64,000 nt of DNA from positions 62,001 through 126,000 of the forward strand of contig NIVC01001724.1 in assembly GCA_002269645.1 (NCBI GenBank), read 5' to 3'. The position numbers were made by a program, and so were the translations under genes. The notes under the pieces are model-generated. The model was given only the letters and a program-made list of their open reading frames with translations. It was not told the DNA's origin and searched no databases. Below, in pieces: positions 46,831-58,158 of the stretch. Each line of letters opens with the position of its first letter. The first letter of the stretch is position 1. The stretch is from Macrostomum lignano (taxonomy: Eukaryota).

Positions 46831-47409
46831 TTCCTCTGTCTCTATCCTCTCTTCCTGTCTGCTTCTCTTTTCTATCCTCTATCCAAAACAAATTGTCTTA
46901 GTTTGCCCCTTCCGCCCTTCTATGCAGCCGCTTCAGTCCTCACGCCCTCAGTTCATTGTTTCTACGGCTGAAGCTGAAAAATAATTTTATATGCATATTA
47001 TATTTCAGATTTCCATAATTTGAATAAAAGCACTAGTATCATATTTATTTTCCTAATTTGAGATTCAATAAGCATTCCTTTTGGCTTTGATTGCAGATAG
47101 AAGCGCGATTTATCTTTCCTCTCTGTGCAGGCTGAATCTATAATATGGAATAATAATTTGAGAGCTGCCAGTAAAATAAATAATTTGCCACACTCGGCTG
47201 CACTGAAGTGCCGCCAGCCAACTGGCTTTTAAGCCTACTTAGAGACTATACCGATTTAGTCTAAAAAGGAGTTGGAAAGCTGAGTCTAAAAAATCTGACT
47301 TGAAAAATAGAGGTTCTCTGGCACTTTTAGCAACAATATACTATTATTAGCATTAGCGCACTGTCTTCACCGCTCCCAAAATGCTATAGAGATTCAGATT
47401 AAAGGGCCA

Positions 47410-47875
47410 TACTGACATAAGCACGCATTGTCATGAGAGCATACTGACATAAGCGCTGTCATGAGAGCATACTGACATAAGCGCTGTCATGAGCGCATAC
47501 TGACATAAGCGCTGTTATGAGCGCATACTGACATAAGCGCTGTCATGAGAGCATACTGACATAAGCACTGTCATGAGCGCATTCTGACATAAGCGCTGTC
47601 ATGAGAGCATACTGACATAAGCACTGTCATGAGCGCATTCTGACATAAGCGCTGTCATGAGAGCATACTGACATAAGCGCTGTCATGAGAGCATACTGAC
47701 ATAAGCACTGTCATGAGCGCATTCTGACATAAGCGCTGTCATGAGAGCATACTGACATAAGCGCTGTCATGAGAGCATACTGACATAAGCGCTGTCATGA
47801 GAGCATACTGACACAAGCGCTGTCATGAGCGCATACTGACATAAGCGCTGTTATGAGCGCATACTGACATAAGCG
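47410..47875. repeat. 28-bp minisatellite (gcatactgacataagcgctgtcatgaga)
   Basis: Direct reading. Confidence 0.95.
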
Positions 47876-48264
47876 CGCACTTCTACAAGATCTTAGCACC
47901 TTGCCCGAGGTAATTGCGCTCTTATGCCATTGCACGCTTATCACATTTGTAAGGCAACAAAGTTTATTATTAGACGCTTAGTATATGCGATGAGTACACA
48001 AGTGTGTTTACACTGCCAGCGTACCAGTGCGTGCATGTGTATGCCCGATTTAGCAAGTTGCGATTAGAAGGTTTCCATTAAAGTGTGTCCTACTGTTTTG
48101 TACCTGAAAATTCTATTCATGCTATTATGGATGGCAGCCAAAAATAACTATTCTTGGATGAGAGGTCAACTGACCCTCTTTGACCCCTCCTAGATCCGAA
48201 ACGGTCTCCAGTCTTGGCAGCCATTGCTATATTGTCACAAATGGGATTCCGAGGGCCCACAAGG

Positions 48265-48640
48265 CCACACAAGTGGCACAAAAGGCCTCAAGTGCCACAC
48301 AAGGCCTCACAAGTGGCACACAAGGCCTCACAAGTGGCACAAAAGGCCTCAAGTGGCACACAAGGCCTCACAAGTGGCACACAAGGCCTTACAAGTGGCA
48401 CACAAGGCCTCACAAGTGGCACACAAGGCCTTACAAGCGGCACACAAGGCCTCACAAGTGGCACACAAGGCCTCACAAATGGCACACAAGGCCTTACAAA
48501 CACACCCTTACAAGTGGCACACAAGGCCTTACAAGTGGCACACAAGGCCTTACCAGCGGCACACAAGGCCTCACAAGTGGCACACAAGGCCTTACAAGTG
48601 GCACACAAGGCCTCACAAGTGGCACACAAAGCCTCACAAG
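48265..48640. repeat. 21-bp minisatellite (cacaaggcctcacaagtggca)
   Basis: Direct reading. Confidence 0.95.
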
Positions 48641-49254
48641 TGTCGCCCTACTTAGTCATAGCGCTTCGCTCTTTATTGGTGCTGGAAAGTGAATTCTTAC
48701 AGGAAGGGAAATAGCGCCGCTGCTCAGGCAACTGCCAAGATAATTTCAGCCTGTTCTGAGTAGTGCTCATAATAAACCCTCCTCTTGTCGTGTCGCCATC
48801 TCGCTCGCTAACAATATCTCCGCAGGGCATCAATAATTTGTATTCCTTTTACGACTATAGCGACTATAGCGACAGATGGGATGAATGGGTATTTTTTAGA
48901 TATCCATTGCTACGCCGGAGATGCAATCAGGCACAGTCAGGCTATGCGTGCCGTTAATTTCTCGTTGTCACTTTAGCAGTCAGCTGCGCTTGCTTGAAGT
49001 GCAACGGCTTCGCTCAGCATGCTAGAAACATCTTAGTAGCATCTTATCCACTCTGTTCTATAAGACTGGATGCTTGTTGTCGCAATCCTGCCATATATTT
49101 GGATTAATTTGTTTATTCCTAGTGTATGAAATTATTATCGATACATATCGGTGGGTTGATAGCTCGGGACAGTTTATGATTCAGTGTTTTTTATTATTAC
49201 ACCTGCCCCAAATCGGCCAAATGTGTAACCGACATATAAGCCGCAGCTATTGCG

Positions 49255-49484
49255 CGGCGCATCTGAAGACTGCGTACGCTGTTCAGTCCAAGGACTGGGG
49301 GGTCGCCACACACAGCCTCAATTAACCCAGCTAATGCTGGCACCCATTTTACAGCTGGGTGAACTGAAGCAATGCAGAGTTAGTGTCTTGCTCAAGGATG
49401 CAAATTGTTCCGAGGGGATTGAAAATCGAACCCCCGACCTTCAAGTCGTGATTCCGACGCTCTAACCACTAGGCTACAACCCCT
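49255..49484 (-). mobile_element. tRNA-derived SINE with conserved-domain-like body
   Basis: Minus strand shows A-box TAGCCTAGTGG, B-box GGTTCGAT..TCCC, then TCCTTGAGCAAGACACTAAC...CAGTTCACCCAGCTGTAAAATGGGTGCC. Confidence 0.75.
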
Positions 49485-49543
49485 ATTGTAGACTAGTGTA
49501 GCCTAGAAGCTGGTTAACTAAGATTTCTCGCTCATCCCGTCAG

Positions 49544-49714
49544 ACATTTCGCTATCAAGTCCTGCTGTCCCTGATGCTATCCAGCCAGACTAAGGACGAA
49601 GTCACCGCGGCTGCTATGGCCCGCCTGAGGCGGCACGGCTGCACTCTGGATAACATTCTGGCCACGGACAATGCGGAACTGGGCCGCCTCATCTATCCCG
49701 TCGGATTCTGGAAG
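49544..49714 (+). CDS. NTHL1: NTH1 exon B (not in the ORF track)
   Basis: cgtcag|ACA; [57 protein letters not shown]; AAG|gtaagc; 57 codons. Confidence 0.95.
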
Positions 49715-49769
49715 GTAAGCTGCTGATCGACTTTCTATGTTTGCCCTTTCACTGCTGCTCGAATAAACT

Positions 49770-50830
49770 CAATTTTCTCTAATACTTTTGTTCTCTGTTC
49801 CCCTCACTCTCCTCTCTGTTCCCCTCACTCTCCTCTCTGTTCCCCTCACTCTCCTCTCTGTTCCCCTCACTCCCCTCTCTGTTCCCCTCACTCTCCTCTC
49901 TGTTCCCCTCACTCTCCTCTCTGTTCCCCTCACTCTCCTCTCTGTTCCCCCACTCCCCTCTCTGTTCCCCTCACTCTCCTCTCTGTTCCCCTCACTCTCC
50001 TCTCTGTTCCCCTCACTCCCCTCTCTGTTCCCCTCACTCCCCTCTCTGTTCCCCTCACTCCCCTCACTGTTCCCCTCACTCTCCTCTCTGTTCCCCTCAC
50101 TCCCCTCTCTGTTCCCCTCACTCCCCTCTCTGTTCCCCTCACTCTCCTCTCTGTTCCCCTCACTCCCCTCTCTGTTCCCCTCACTCTCCTCACTGTTCCC
50201 CTCACTCTCCTCACTGTTCCCCTCACTCCCCTCTCTGTTCCCCTCACTCTCCTCACTGTTCCCCTCACTCTCCTCACTGTTCCCCTCACTCTCCTCTCTG
50301 TTCCCCTCACTCTCCTCACTGTTCCCCTCACTCCCCTCTGTTCCCTCACTCCCCTCTGTTCCCCTCACTCCCCTCTGTTCCCTCACTCCCCTCTGTTCCC
50401 CTCACTCCCCTCTCTGTTCCCCTCACTCCCCTCTGTTCCCTCACTCCCCTCTGTTCCCCTCACTCCCCTCTGTTCCCTCACTCCCCTCTGTTCCCCTCAC
50501 TCTCCTCTCCGTTCCCCTCACTCCCCTCTGTTCCCCTCACTCCCCTCTGTTCCCTCACTCCCCTCTGTTCCCCTCACTCCCCTCTGTTTCCCTCACTCCC
50601 CTCTCTGTTCCCCTCACTCTTCTCTCTGTTCCCCTCACTCTCCTCTCTGTTCCCCTCACTCCCCTCTCTGTTCCCCTCACTCCCCTCTCTGTTCCCCTCA
50701 CTCCCCTCTGTTCCCCTCACTCCCCTCTGTTTCCCTCACTCTCCTCTCCGTTCCCCTCACTCCCCTCTCTGTTCCCCTCACTCCCCTCTCTGTTCCCCTC
50801 ACTCCCCTCTGTTCCCCTCTCTCTCCTCAC
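49770..50830. repeat. ~19-21-bp CT-rich intronic minisatellite (ctctcctctctgttcccctca)
   Basis: Direct reading. Confidence 0.96.
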
Positions 50831-51234
50831 AATTTCAAATGCATACATTCAATCGCCTGTCTCCAATTTTTTCTTACATTCGTATAGTTTATACTGATTA
50901 ATTAATGTATGCTTAGAATTTATACAGATTCAATCCATTAGTAAATTTTACGACTAAATTTGGAGAATTGAAGCCTGCTCACATCCGGAGTGAATCTTGC
51001 TATCTGAGCTGTGTGCGTTTTTCTCCTTGTCTCTGGGACACGATCCCATGTCTACAGTGCCAGTGTAGTTGACTGCGTTTAAAATGCACTTTTACACTCT
51101 GATCTTTGGTCAATGGATCATTATTTTGACCGATACTAGTTTCTCTTTGATTTAACCTACCATTTTAAAGAAATTCATTTTCTAGAGCCCTTGTTGTCCA
51201 CCTTGCCTGAATTTCGTATGCTTTACCTGGCATT

Positions 51235-51725
51235 CACAGTGGTTGCTATGGCCCCACCTGAGATCCAGACTGTGGTTGCTATGGCCTCACCTGAGATCAG
51301 ACAGTGGTTGCTATGGCCCCACCTGAGATCAGACAGTGGTTGCTATGCCCCACCTGAGATCAGACAGTGGTTGCTATGCCCCACCTGAGATTCAGACTGT
51401 GGTTGCTATGCCCCACCTGAGATCCAGACTGTGGTTGCTATGCCCCACCTGAGATCAAACAGCTGTTGCTATGCCCCACCTGAGATTCAGACTGTGGTTG
51501 CTATGCCCCACCTGAGATCAGACAGTGGTTGCTATGCCCCACCTGAGATCAGACAGTGGTTGCTATGCCCCACCTGAGATTCAGACTGTGGTTGCTATGC
51601 CCCACCTGAGATCAGACAGCTGTTGCTATGCCCCACCTGAGATCAGATAGTGGTTGCTATGGCCCCACCTGAGATTCAGACTGTGGTTGCTATGCCCCAC
51701 CTGAGATTCAGACTGTGGTTGCTAT
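51235..51725. repeat. 31-32-bp intronic minisatellite (gtggttgctatgccccacctgagatcagaca)
   Basis: Direct reading. Confidence 0.95.
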
Positions 51726-51767
51726 GCTACTAACTAAACTAACAAACGGCCCCATCAATGTCCCTAG

Positions 51768-52030
51768 AAAAAGGTAGACTACATCAAACGGGCCAGCCAG
51801 GCGCTCAAGGACAGCCACTCCGGTGACATTCCGGACAGCGTGGCCGGCCTGTGCAGCCTGCCGGGCGTCGGGCCAAAGATGGCGCACATCGCCATGCGCT
51901 GCGCCTGGGACCGGCTGACGGGAATCGGGGTGGACACCCACGTGCACCGGATTGCTGCCCGGCTGGGCTGGACTAAGAAGGCAAAGGAGCCGGAGGATAC
52001 TAGGAAACAATTGGAGGCCTGGCTGCCCAG
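51768..52030 (+). CDS. NTHL1: NTH1 exon C (helix-hairpin-helix LPGVGPKMA, catalytic VDTH)
   Basis: ccctag|AAA acceptor, AG|gtgaga donor (phase 2). Confidence 0.96.
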
Positions 52031-52519
52031 GTGAGACTACCGATATGTAGAGTGAATAATTATCTACAAAAAGTTAATAAAGTTCTAAAGCTTGTTTAAA
52101 AGGTCTTCAACACGCCTTGGTGTGGTCGGACTAGTCAACGGAGTGCAGGTCGCAGTCGGGGCCCAGCACCACGCCCTTCAGCACGCGGACGCAGCGGCCA
52201 CGGACGGAGATGTTCTCGGTCTCCTGGCGGATCTCCTTGCCGCCCAGGGTCTTGGTCTTGGTCCTCGGCTCCGGCGAGCACCCGGCCTTCTCCTCATCCA
52301 TTTTCCATTTTAGGCTTTCACCCTCGCAGAGGGTGTGCCTCACCCCACGGCTCTTAGGGATCGTCGTTGTCGCACTTCCTGCGGTGTCGCGCCATGTTGG
52401 TCATGTTGATCGCACCAGCAAGGTTCTTCCGATGCTTTTGGATCTCTTTTTCCTGTTTGTTTTCTCATTTGCCGTGTTCTGTTCGATGCAAGCAGATGCA
52501 AGGATGCGATGCAAGGAAG

Positions 52520-52630
52520 GCAAGCAGGCAGGCAGGCAGGAAGGCAGGCAGGCGGGCAGGCAGGCAGGCAAGCAGGCAGGCAGGCAGGCAGGCAAGCAGG
52601 CAGGCAGGCAAGCAGGCAGGCAAGCAGGCT
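52520..52630. repeat. (GCAG)n microsatellite
   Basis: Direct reading. Confidence 0.92.
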
Positions 52631-52823
52631 ATTATCCGAGCCACTGGTGTACTCTTATCTAAGTGTTGTGTAGTTGGTTTACATGTAGCTCGTATGTACA
52701 TCTGTTTGGCGATATTGATCTGTCGCTGGCTAAAATGTAAAATTTCCGGTATAAGGCCGGTAAGCACAGGACACCTGCTTATTTTTAACACAGAGCGGCT
52801 CTATACCCGCCCTCCCATTCCAG

Positions 52824-52977
52824 AGAGCACTGGTCCGAGGTCAACCAGCTGCTTGTGGGATTCGGGCAGCAGCTGTGCACCCCGGTGAATCCCAGGTGCT
52901 CAGATTGTCTTAACAAGGCCGTCTGCCCCAGCGCGAAACTCTCCAAGGCTAAGATCAGCAAATCCGAAACTGTTTGA
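52824..52977 (+). CDS. NTHL1: NTH1 terminal exon with 4Fe-4S motif C-x6-C-x2-C-x5-C
   Basis: ccattccag|A GAG CAC TGG; [37 protein letters not shown]...; TGA at 52975-77. Confidence 0.93.
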
Positions 52978-54423
52978 CCTTGAGGTTATTCGCCTGAGCT
53001 AGAGCTCAGGTCAAGTACCCACTCAATTGGGGTAAGCGAACTGGGTTTAATTGCATAAGCAGACTGAGTTTCATGCGATAAGCAGACGGACCTTTTTGTG
53101 CAATTTTTTTCATTTATTAATCCATAAAACCCCTTTGCTCTCTACTGCAGAAGTAGTGTATAGCGAACATGCTATCCGCATTTTGTTTACATTGGCTCAG
53201 TTCGAGCACTGCAAACATTTGATCACCACAGCAATAAGCCTTTGTTGCTCATCTGCTGCTACTCTTGTTCTGTCTGCATTACCTGCTGAAAAGCATTTGG
53301 TTAGTACATTGTGTTCTATTGGAATTTTATAGTACAAATATATACGCCACTTGTCTCTAGTTAGCTCTGTTGGTATGCAGTTATTTTTCTTATAATTCCG
53401 TTAATATTCCTAACGAGTTTTTTGCGTAGCAACTTTTTTATTTTATGTAGCTGCTTATGAGTGCCTTTCATTTTACATGAAATTCAAAGTTCAACAAAGT
53501 TAGCAAGAAAATAACTCAAATATTGAGCTGCATATTGCACAAGAAATCAATTGTGTTAACAGAGATTATTGGGACTCATTGAGATAGGAAGGCTCACCCG
53601 ACCGGAAATAATTTTCCTTTCAAAAACAGTAAGTGTGCCATTTGTGCCACAGCTATGCCCTTTGGCAGAGTTATAACTGTGTTTGTCTGTCCTTTTTGGC
53701 ACACTTGCCACAAATAACCTCTATTGCTAATTGGACAATTGTCTGCGACGCCATTATTTGCTTCGATTTCGGCAGATGACCGGCAGGTTGTCATTGCGAC
53801 ATGATCTGTTCAGACGCTCTAAAATGGCGCAATCGCGTTTGATTGACGCCATAAAAAAAGAACTAAAGCAGCAAATCACGCAGCATCTCGCTGTCCATCT
53901 CGATCAGCTCGTGGACCCAGCCGTCACAATTGACGTCATGCTGGACGACGGCAACGAACCACTGGATGCTTCACTTATGATCGCTCACATATCTTTTTGT
54001 TACTCAAACACTCTCCAATCCTTATATTATAGCCGGTTGGTTTCGCCTTTATGTCCAACCTCGCCCGGACCAGGGTCACGGCGCGGGTAAATATCTATAA
54101 AGATTCAACAACTCTGGCCAACCTCAGTGCGCTTCTCCGCAAGATGGTGCGAGGGTGCTTCAGCGACGAAGCGGGGGCGCCGCCGCTGATAGACAGACAG
54201 ATAGCCAGGATAGAATTGAAATAGAGAAGCCGATGATTCACCTGATTCGATGCGGATAAAATCGTTAGGAAAAGCTTTACTGCTGGGGCTCTGTCTCATT
54301 CAGTATATTTCTCTCTCAATCGAGTCTTCGGTAGGTGGAACAAACAGTTTAAACAGTCCAACTCGACTCAGCTGGAATCCAGGAGTTCAAGGGCACGGCC
54401 TTTTGTAGTTAAAGTGGTTCACG

Positions 54424-54744
54424 CTATACATTCGGCAGTCGGGGGCCCCTGATTAGTAAGCACCCTGAGCTGAGCCTCAGTCTGGGTTCCATCTTGCAGG
54501 CGATGCCTGACCCGGACATTCGGCAGTGCTTGCACCACTTGGCCTGGACAAAGTCCTCGGGTGTGCCACCCTGAAGCACCCAGATGCAGCCCAGCTTAGT
54601 TTGCATCCGCTCAAAGACCTGCGTGATCTGCTTGCCGCCGAGGTTCTTTGACATAGAAAAGCTCCCGCTGGGGCAATCAGCGGAGCCTACGGCGACGCCA
54701 ACGAAAAGGGCCAGCAGGCAGATCGGCATTGGGATCAGTTTCAT
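54424..54744 (-). CDS. Small secreted cysteine-rich protein (106 aa), family not recognised
   Basis: Signal-peptide-like MKLIPMPICLLALFVGVAVGS, 6 Cys in the mature part, TATA-like box upstream. Confidence 0.55.
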   Translation of the reverse strand: MKLIPMPICLLALFVGVAVGSADCPSGSFSMSKNLGGKQITQVFERMQTKLGCIWVLQGGTPEDFVQAKWCKHCRMSGSGIACKMEPRLRLSSGCLLIRGPRLPNV

Positions 54745-54835
54745 TGTGCTGCTGCTTGTGGCGAGTTACTTGTTGCTCAACCTGAGTAGCGAATTGTGCC
54801 AGCTCAATCTGCGGCAGGGCTCACCTGCTCTGCTC

Positions 54836-54842
54836 ATTTATA
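54836..54842 (-). promoter_or_regulatory. TATA-like box (TATAAAT) ~90 nt upstream of the 54744 ATG
   Basis: Isolated AT motif in GC-rich context, at a plausible distance. Confidence 0.4.
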
Positions 54843-55599
54843 AGCAGCCGAATGGGATTCCAACTGCTGAGGGGCTGCATGGGTCGGGGAAAGACGGGAG
54901 CCACCGCAGTCCGCTGGCCGAAGGGGGACATCAGTCAACGTCTGCCTTCTGGACGGCAGCTGGTTCTTTTGTCGGCTTGCCTGGACATAAAAGAAAGAGG
55001 AGCCGCTGCAGGAAGGCGAGGCTTGCGGACCACCTGCCTCTCGGAGTCCCCGCTTGTCCACGGAGTTCTAGAACTAAGAGCCTGGAGTGAAGATCAGAGA
55101 GTCAGCTGCATTTCACCAAAGCCTGCCGGACTCGTGCGAGCCACAGAGCTGCATTCGATTGTAAAACTGGGGTTTGGGGTGGGTGCAGTTGGTTTCCACT
55201 CCGGATCGCTAATTCTAGAGCTCCATGGGCGGTCTGGGTCGTGGAGTCATGGCGAGACCATTGGAACAGTCAATGACTGTCGCCAGTCTGAGAGGCAAAC
55301 AATGGTGCGGTTTTTCGGAGAGCCAGAAGCTCAAAGCCGGACTAGGGCTCTCTTCAAGGCAGCAAAAAATGTCAGCTGACCTACTTTTGTTACACATACG
55401 AGCTTGAACACTCGCCTGTTTCTCTGTAGGCAGCACTCTTCATACTACTGAAGCAAGTAATGCAATAAAATAAACTGTAATACTTCCTTTTATTAAGTTA
55501 CAGTGTACACGTATGAAATTAATAGGTACATTTTAAAAAACTACAGGATTGTCATTTGGGCACTGCTAAAATGAGATTAGATACATAGATAGATAGATA

Positions 55600-56820
55600 T
55601 TAGGTGACCGAAGGTATCTGGAGATTAGGGTGTCCTTAGCCAGTCTGATGTCACTCAAATAGTTCGACTTCAGTAGCGACGACAACCATAAAATGTCATC
55701 AATGCACCGCTTGAAGAAACGAGAGGTAAACGCGGCGCAGCTTCTAAAGCTTTGGATTCCCAGCCAGACATAAAGATGTGGTGTAGGATGGCGCTGTTGT
55801 GACCGTAGGAGACACTGGTTGTACAGGAAACTCAATAAATGTATATTATTTGCAGATAGCTAATCATCGTAGCAAGGCAACGCTTTATTTGAAACCGAGG
55901 GGAGGCTGTTTAGAGCAGGACTGTCTTCAATCGCAGAAAGCTTGGTCTTGTGGTCCAGGACTGCCGTCAGGGGTTGGAATCACTTGATTGGCAGGTGCAT
56001 CGTGTGGCTGATCCAGGCTCTCGTCATCAGAATTCTCAGCACCAGCGGCTATTGGAGCAAGTCGGTCGTTGCTTGCAAGGCGTAGCGTAGAGTCATTATC
56101 CAGAACCCAGAAACTCTGCGGTTGACGTTGAGGCGTCAGATGTTGGTCTATAGGCAAACTTTTCGCCCTGATCGAACGTTGACGCCACCGGAGCACGGGA
56201 TCGACGACCAAACACGAGTTCTGCCGGGCTACGCCCTCGGTGGAGCGACGATATTCTGTGGTGGAAGAGCACACGCTGTAAGAAGGGGAAAAAAACTCGT
56301 CATGAGTAATCCGTTCGGTCCAAGCTCGCAATCCCCGTTTCACAGTTTGAACAGCACGCTCGGCTGCCACTTCTAAAGCTTTGCATGGATTTCCAGGCAG
56401 ACATAAAGATGTTGGCGTAGGATGGCGCAAAGGCCTTTCCTATGTTTTTGCCTTCTTTGACTTGAAGGTAGGGCGTGTTGTTGAAAACAAAATCTTTTTT
56501 GCTCAAGTTTATGTCCAGGAGTGCAAGTAAGGTTTGGGGAAATTTTTGAAAGGCATCTCTAATGGCGTCCATCGCCTTGTACGAGACTAAGCAGAGAGAT
56601 ACGACTGAGAGTTGACGAAGCCTCTTGGCGTTTTCGGATGAAGAAGTTTTGTTCCTTAGCGATCGGCTGTAGGAAGAGATCGATAAATTTGGCGCTCATG
56701 TAGCTTTCCGAGCTGCAGTCCGAGACAACGGGTCTCCCTGGAGGCACTCCAGGAGTAGGCCATTCTTCGGGATCCTTGTGAATTTTTTTGGCAAAAGCCA
56801 AAATATTCAATCTTTAGGAT
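55600..56820 (-). mobile_element. Penelope-like RT fragments (56820-56370 and 55795-55600) interrupted by a Gypsy integrase fragment (~56370-55930)
   Basis: KIHKDPEEWPTPGVPPGRPVVSDC, DFVFNNTPYLQVK..GKAFAPSYANIFM and FFKRCIDDILW (PLE RT); AAERAVQTVKRGL (integrase core end). Confidence 0.75.
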
Positions 56821-56989
56821 TGGCGCTTAGGATCAGTTGCGAGTATTGATGATTAGTAATTATCTTTTCTTCCTTAAGATCTTGAAAAATGGTTTTCATA
56901 GTGGCACTGGTCTCGGCGCTCATTGCAGAGGCAAGAGGTTGGTAGAAGGTCCTGTTGGACAGCTGTATGTTATCTTGAAATATATATTC

Positions 56990-57045
<56 letters not shown>

Positions 57046-57078
57046 CAAGCAGACAGACAGACAGACAGACAGGCAGGC

Positions 57079-57119
<41 letters not shown>

Positions 57120-57126
57120 GGCAGGC

Positions 57127-57157
<31 letters not shown>

Positions 57158-57158
57158 G
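56990..57158. repeat. Compound (GCAG)n/(GACA)n microsatellite
   Basis: Direct reading. Confidence 0.95.
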
Positions 57159-58158
57159 AGTTGCTCAAAAATTCCTTGCAGCTAAAATATTTCTTCGCTC
57201 ATCTGCAACTACTTTTGGTCTGTCTGCATACCTGCTGAAAAGTTTTTGGTTAGTACATTGTGTTCTATTGGAATTTTATAGTACAAATACGAATATATAC
57301 GCCGCTTGTCTCTACTTAGCTCTGTGGACATGCAGTGATTTTTGTTATAATTCCGTTAAATATTCCTAACGAGTTATTTCATGTGACTGCTATTGCTTTT
57401 CATTTTACTCGTATATGAAATTTAAAATATAAAGGTTAGCAAGAATGCTTCAAACTTTGAGCTGCATATTTCACAATAAATCAATTATCCTAACAGATAA
57501 TAGTGAGATCAGTACTCACGGAATGCTATTCATCGATATTGAGGTTGCTAGATATATGTAGATAGATTGACAGAGGTGTCGTGATTGACTGACTGGTAGC
57601 TGGGATCGAATCAAAATTTTAAAAAGACACAAATCCGGCGCATTCGATGCGGTTAAATCGGAATCGCGGATGCCAGAAAATTAAAATTGGCTGCAGGTAG
57701 TTCAAAACTGAAAGTGAAAAGGTGTGGAATCTCTAAAAATCATGCAATCACTCCTTGAGAAGTGTTAGGAGTCGGATATAGCAGCTGCGCAACACACCTA
57801 GGGCCCTCCTAGGCTGCAGCCTGCACTCCTTGAAACAACCCCCGCATTCCTAACTCTTGACTCCCGATACCTGTAGCACGCTAATTTCATCCACTCCTTG
57901 TTAAGAGCACTCTTACCTCCTAGCTCATGGATCCTATAGCACGGGCCCCAGTACTCACATGATGCCACAGAACAGAGATCAGGGATATCTGTGTTCACAG
58001 GATGCTACATATATAACAGAGATCAGATAGCTTTACAGAACAATAAAAAACAGATCAAGACATTTCTACCTAAAATCTGCATTTTCTGATAGAGAACTAA
58101 TAAACGAGAAGCAAGCAATGCGTGGCCGTGTATTTGAGTTGCAACAAATATACGGTAA

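Noticed and set aside
49769-50897. 369-aa and 205-aa ORFs
   Set aside because: CT-rich minisatellite in NTH1 intron 2.
53731-54090. 119-aa ORF with a helical-looking middle
   Set aside because: No recognisable motif, start context or splice support; possibly a gene fragment.
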